The notes under the pieces are model-generated. The model worked only from the letters and a program-made list of their open reading frames with translations. It was not told the origin of the DNA and searched no databases. A stretch of DNA of 64,000 nucleotides from an uncultured Methylomirabilota bacterium (GTDB lineage: Bacteria; Methylomirabilota; Methylomirabilia; Methylomirabilales; 2-02-FULL-66-22). The translations under genes were made by a program, and so were the position numbers. Below, piece by piece: positions 59,021 through 64,000 of this stretch. The DNA lies in assembly GCA_963705305.1 (NCBI GenBank), contig OY970067.1:2528001-2592000 (forward strand), given 5' to 3'. Every line of letters begins with the position of its first letter. Position 1 is the first letter of the stretch.

Positions 59021-59967
59021 CCCCGGTCGATCCGCACCCCCGGCCCTTCGACGTGGTCGGACTGGGCACCAACGCCCTGGATCTCATCGCCATCATCGAG
59101 GGCTACCCGCAGCCCGACACCAAGGCGCAGTTCCGGGAGTTTGACGTGCAGGGAGGCGGGGTAGTGGCCACGGCCATGGCGGCCTGCGCGCGCTTGGGCC
59201 TCCGCGCCCGCTACGTCGGCAAGGTGGGAACCGACTTCTGGTCGCGGGCGTCGCTCAAGACGCTCACCCGCGAGGGGATCGACGTCCGCCACGTCATCCG
59301 GGCGAAGGGCAGCCCCGGCCATGTCAGTCTGGTGCTGGCGGATCGGGCCACCGGCGCGCGCACGCTCTTCTTCCGGCGGCCGCCGGCCTACGCCATCCGG
59401 CCGGAGGAACTGAGCCGAGAGGCGATCACGGCCGGTCGCCTCCTGCACGTGGACGGGATCGACGCGGCGGCGGCCCTCCAGGCCGTCCGCTGGGCCCGCG
59501 AGGCCGGCATGCTCGTGACCATGGATGGCGAGCGGATCGTTCCCGGCATCGAGGAGGTCTGGCCCCGGACGGATCTGTTGGTCTGCAATCCGCGCTTTCT
59601 GGGAGCGGTCACCCGGGAAGGCGGGCTGGAGGACGGCCTCCGTTCTCTGACCGATCGCGGCCCCTCCCGCGTGGCGGTCACCCTGGCGGCGGACGGGGTG
59701 ATGGGCTACAGCGAAGGGCGGGTCGTGCGTGTCCCTGGATTTCCGGTCAAGCCGGTGGACAGCAACGGCGCCGGGGACGTCTTTCACGGGGCCTGTGCGG
59801 TGGGAGAGCTCAGGGCGTGGCCGCTGGAATGGACGCTCGCGTTCGCCAACGCCGTGGCTGCCATGAAGTGCCGGTTTCTGGGGGGCCGGCGCGGCATCCC
59901 CCGCCTGCCCGAGGTGGCGGAGTTCCTGCGCGCGCACGGTCGGCCGGACATCGCCGCCGCCATCTAG
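59017..59967 (+). CDS. PfkB-family carbohydrate kinase
   Basis: GGGVVATA, VGKVGTD, VDSNGAGDVFHG, ANAVAA. Confidence 0.9.
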   Translation: MTPVDPHPRPFDVVGLGTNALDLIAIIEGYPQPDTKAQFREFDVQGGGVVATAMAACARLGLRARYVGKVGTDFWSRASLKTLTREGIDVRHVIRAKGSPGHVSLVLADRATGARTLFFRRPPAYAIRPEELSREAITAGRLLHVDGIDAAAALQAVRWAREAGMLVTMDGERIVPGIEEVWPRTDLLVCNPRFLGAVTREGGLEDGLRSLTDRGPSRVAVTLAADGVMGYSEGRVVRVPGFPVKPVDSNGAGDVFHGACAVGELRAWPLEWTLAFANAVAAMKCRFLGGRRGIPRLPEVAEFLRAHGRPDIAAAI

Positions 59968-59987
59968 CGTCCCTCCGCCTCCGGGGC

Positions 59988-61607
59988 TCACACGGTCACG
60001 GTGACCGACTGATACCCGGTGGCGCCGTCCGGGTACGGATCGTGGAGGGTCTCGACCTGAAGGGCGCCCGTGCCGTCCGTGGCCCGCACCCGGAAGGTGT
60101 GTCGGCCGGGGAGCTTGGGCCAATCATAGCGCCACTGGACCCAGGCGAGCGGACTCAGGGGCGGCGTCCGCAAGACCGCCTCGATCCACGGGCCGCCGTT
60201 CACCTGGATCTCCACCTTGCGAATGCCCCGATCGCCCGCCCAGGCGATGCCCCCCACCGGGATCCGGTCGTCGCGCAGGTCGCCGACGGCGACTGTGTCG
60301 ATCACCGAGATGACTTGCGGGATGGCCTGCTTGCTCCAGTCCCGGTCCTCCCAGTACCCGCCCTCGGTGCGGTCGATGGCCTTGATGGAGGCGATCCACT
60401 TGGGTTGCTTCATTCCGTACCGGTTCGGAATGTAAATCCGGAGGGGGAACCCGTGTGCCGGGGGAAGCGTCTCCCCGTTCATCCCGTAGACCAGGAGCGT
60501 GCGGGGGTCGGACATGTCCTGCAGCGTCACGCGCTCGAAGAACCCGTCGACGGCATCCACTTGGAGGGCTCGGGCCTCGGGGCGCAGCCCCAGATGCTGG
60601 AGAAGGTCGCGCAGCCGGACCCCGGTGTAGTAGGTGGTGCCGACGAGGTCCCCGCCCACGGGATTGGAGATGCAGCACAGCGTGATGGCCTGGGTGACGG
60701 CGGGAAACGCCTGCAGGTCCGCCAGGCGGAGCGGTCGGGGCCTCTCGAACAGGCCGCCCACCCTGAGAACCCAGTTGGCTTCGTCGATGACCGGCGAACG
60801 GGCGTCGATGTCGACCCGGTAGAAGCGGGCCGTGGGCGTGACCTCCGGCCGCGTCCCCGGGGCCGGTGGGATCCGGCCGCGCAGGGCGGCCGCGGTCTCA
60901 CCGCCGGCCGATCTCATGAGGGACTCCGAATTACCCGCCGGTCGCAGAAGCGGCCGGCCTGCCCCCGTGATCGAAGCGGACCCGCCGATCAGGCGGCCGA
61001 TCCCCCACGCCGCCAAGGCCAGACCGATCGAGCCGCCGGCCAGCTTGGCCAACAGGGTGCGGCGGGAGACGCGCGGCGCCTCGGAGGCTCTGGACACGGC
61101 ACCGTCTGCCCCCAGGGCGGCCAGCCCCATCCCCAGCACAATCGGCCAGCTCAGGATCAGCATCGCCAGCCACAGCACCGCCCCCACCGGACGGCTGCCC
61201 AGGGAAGTCCCCAGAGCGGCCTCCACCGACACCACCAGAGCGAAGAGCACCAGGCCGACACGCGTGCCCACGCGGACTCCCGACAGGCTGGTGTGCCGCA
61301 GGCTGAGGGCCTGGATGGCCCCCACGACCATGGTGCCCGCCACCACCAGCAAAATCGCCAGGAATTGTTCGATCTGCTTGGCCGCGATGCTGGTGGGCCC
61401 CAGGTGAAGGACGGTGACGAGCCGCACGATGAGATCGATGGTCGTTCGCAGGATGACGCCTGGGAGGACGCGGGCCAGCCAATCGAAGATGTCGAACGGG
61501 ACGAAGGGGAGTCCCGCCCACTGCCCGCCCAGGTAGGACAGGGCGATAAGGGGGAGGCCGGTCAGCCCGCCCAGCAGCGCGCCGAGCAGCAGCCATGATC
61601 GTCGCAT
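59988..61607 (-). CDS. Sulfite oxidase-family molybdopterin oxidoreductase with polytopic N-terminus and internal twin-Arg motif
   Basis: FYRVD, TLCCISN Mo-ligand Cys, YGMNGE.LP.AHGFP.R, YGMKQPKW, GYWE, VRATDG; SRRTLL before the last TM. Confidence 0.88.
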   Translation of the reverse strand: MRRSWLLLGALLGGLTGLPLIALSYLGGQWAGLPFVPFDIFDWLARVLPGVILRTTIDLIVRLVTVLHLGPTSIAAKQIEQFLAILLVVAGTMVVGAIQALSLRHTSLSGVRVGTRVGLVLFALVVSVEAALGTSLGSRPVGAVLWLAMLILSWPIVLGMGLAALGADGAVSRASEAPRVSRRTLLAKLAGGSIGLALAAWGIGRLIGGSASITGAGRPLLRPAGNSESLMRSAGGETAAALRGRIPPAPGTRPEVTPTARFYRVDIDARSPVIDEANWVLRVGGLFERPRPLRLADLQAFPAVTQAITLCCISNPVGGDLVGTTYYTGVRLRDLLQHLGLRPEARALQVDAVDGFFERVTLQDMSDPRTLLVYGMNGETLPPAHGFPLRIYIPNRYGMKQPKWIASIKAIDRTEGGYWEDRDWSKQAIPQVISVIDTVAVGDLRDDRIPVGGIAWAGDRGIRKVEIQVNGGPWIEAVLRTPPLSPLAWVQWRYDWPKLPGRHTFRVRATDGTGALQVETLHDPYPDGATGYQSVTVTV

Positions 61608-61792
61608 GCTCGAGTCCGACCCTCTAGCCGGTCACGCATCGGGTGCGCAGCCGCTTCCGTATCTATGGGAGGCCCTGCGGGAATCATAACCGTTCAAGGC
61701 GTTCCTGGCGAGGGAGTGCGGGTCCCCCTCGGTCGGCCTCCCGGACCGGGGACGGGGTTGTCCGATCGAGCGCCAATGATCCATCGACCGGC

Positions 61793-61821
61793 TTGCCTGG
61801 AGGTCGGTCTTCGGCTATCAT
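61793..61821 (+). promoter_or_regulatory. Putative sigma70 promoter of the sdh operon
   Basis: TTGCCT-N17-TATCAT. Confidence 0.55.
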
Positions 61822-61870
61822 GCCAACCGCCTTTGCCGCCGATTCGACCCGAACGAACAGGGAGCGGTCC

Positions 61871-62527
61871 ATGACACGCGCGATTGCGTTCTACCAGAGC
61901 CTCGTCGGGAAAAAGATCCTGATGGCCGTCACCGGCCTCATGCTGTTCGGGTTCGTCGTCGTGCACCTCCTGGGGAACCTGCAGATCTTCCTCGGCCCCG
62001 ACCAGCTGAACGCTTACGCGGCCTTCCTGAAGCGCACGGCGGAGCTGCTCTGGCCCGCGCGGGTGGTCCTGCTGGCCGCACTGGTGCTGCATCTGCTGAC
62101 CGCCTACCAGGTGACGGTGGCCAGCTGGCGGGCCCGGCCGGTGAACTACACGGTGCGCCAGGACGAGGCCACCAACTATGCCGCGCGCACCATGATCGTC
62201 ACCGGTCCGCTGATCTTCCTGTACGTGATCTACCACCTGATGATGTTCACCTTTCTCAGCACCGGGCCCGGGTACAGCCAGACGGATGTCTATCGCAACG
62301 TGGTGTCGGCCTTCCAGGTTCCGGCTATCGCCGGGGTGTACATTCTGGCCATGCTGGTCCTGGGCATCCATCTCTACCATGCCGCATGGAGCATGCTCCA
62401 GACGCTGGGCATCACCTACCCCACCCGGGAAGGCCTGCGCCGCCTCCTGATCCCCGTGGTGGCCGTGCTCATCGCGGGGGGTTACATCCTCATTCCCGTG
62501 GCGGTCCTCACCGGCATCGTCCGGTGA
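61871..62527 (+). CDS. sdhC: Succinate dehydrogenase/fumarate reductase cytochrome b subunit
   Basis: [31 protein letters not shown]. Confidence 0.9.
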   Translation: MTRAIAFYQSLVGKKILMAVTGLMLFGFVVVHLLGNLQIFLGPDQLNAYAAFLKRTAELLWPARVVLLAALVLHLLTAYQVTVASWRARPVNYTVRQDEATNYAARTMIVTGPLIFLYVIYHLMMFTFLSTGPGYSQTDVYRNVVSAFQVPAIAGVYILAMLVLGIHLYHAAWSMLQTLGITYPTREGLRRLLIPVVAVLIAGGYILIPVAVLTGIVR

Positions 62528-62544
62528 CCGCCGAGGTCCGCGCC

Positions 62545-64000
<1,456 letters not shown>

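Overview
GC-rich bacterial window, almost entirely coding and dominated by anaerobic energy metabolism. The centre is a ~18 kb minus-strand dissimilatory sulfite reductase cluster: dsrL-A-B-D-N-C-T-M-K-J-O-P. It continues into an Hmc-like module (second DsrK/HmcF-like FeS protein, NarI/HmcE-like cytochrome b, HybA/HmcB-like FeS protein, NrfD protein fused to a hexaheme class III cytochrome c) and a split-Soret-type cytochrome c. No sat, aprAB, qmo or dsrEFH is visible in the window. Best candidate for an undescribed system is the regulation of this cluster. The dsr cluster and the upstream YeiH-family transporter each have a sigma54-type promoter preceded, at nearly identical distances, by two GTTACC-N4-GGTAAC palindromes. 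A stand-alone Fis-type HTH mini-gene with the same recognition helix as a nearby NtrC-family activator ends inside one palindrome. The cognate sensor kinase has a periplasmic CXXCH motif and is frameshifted in this sequence. Left arm: menaquinone genes, two ADP-forming acyl-CoA synthetases with opposite domain order, Vor- and Kor-like 2-oxoacid oxidoreductases, USP/AcuB genes, trxA and thiC with a TPP riboswitch. Right arm: a tandem-duplicated malic enzyme with complementary degenerate halves, a second sigma54 two-component system, frameshifted tatD, class II aldolase, PfkB kinase, a polytopic sulfite-oxidase-family Mo enzyme and sdhCA (partial). All calls come from motif recognition by eye; no database searches were run.
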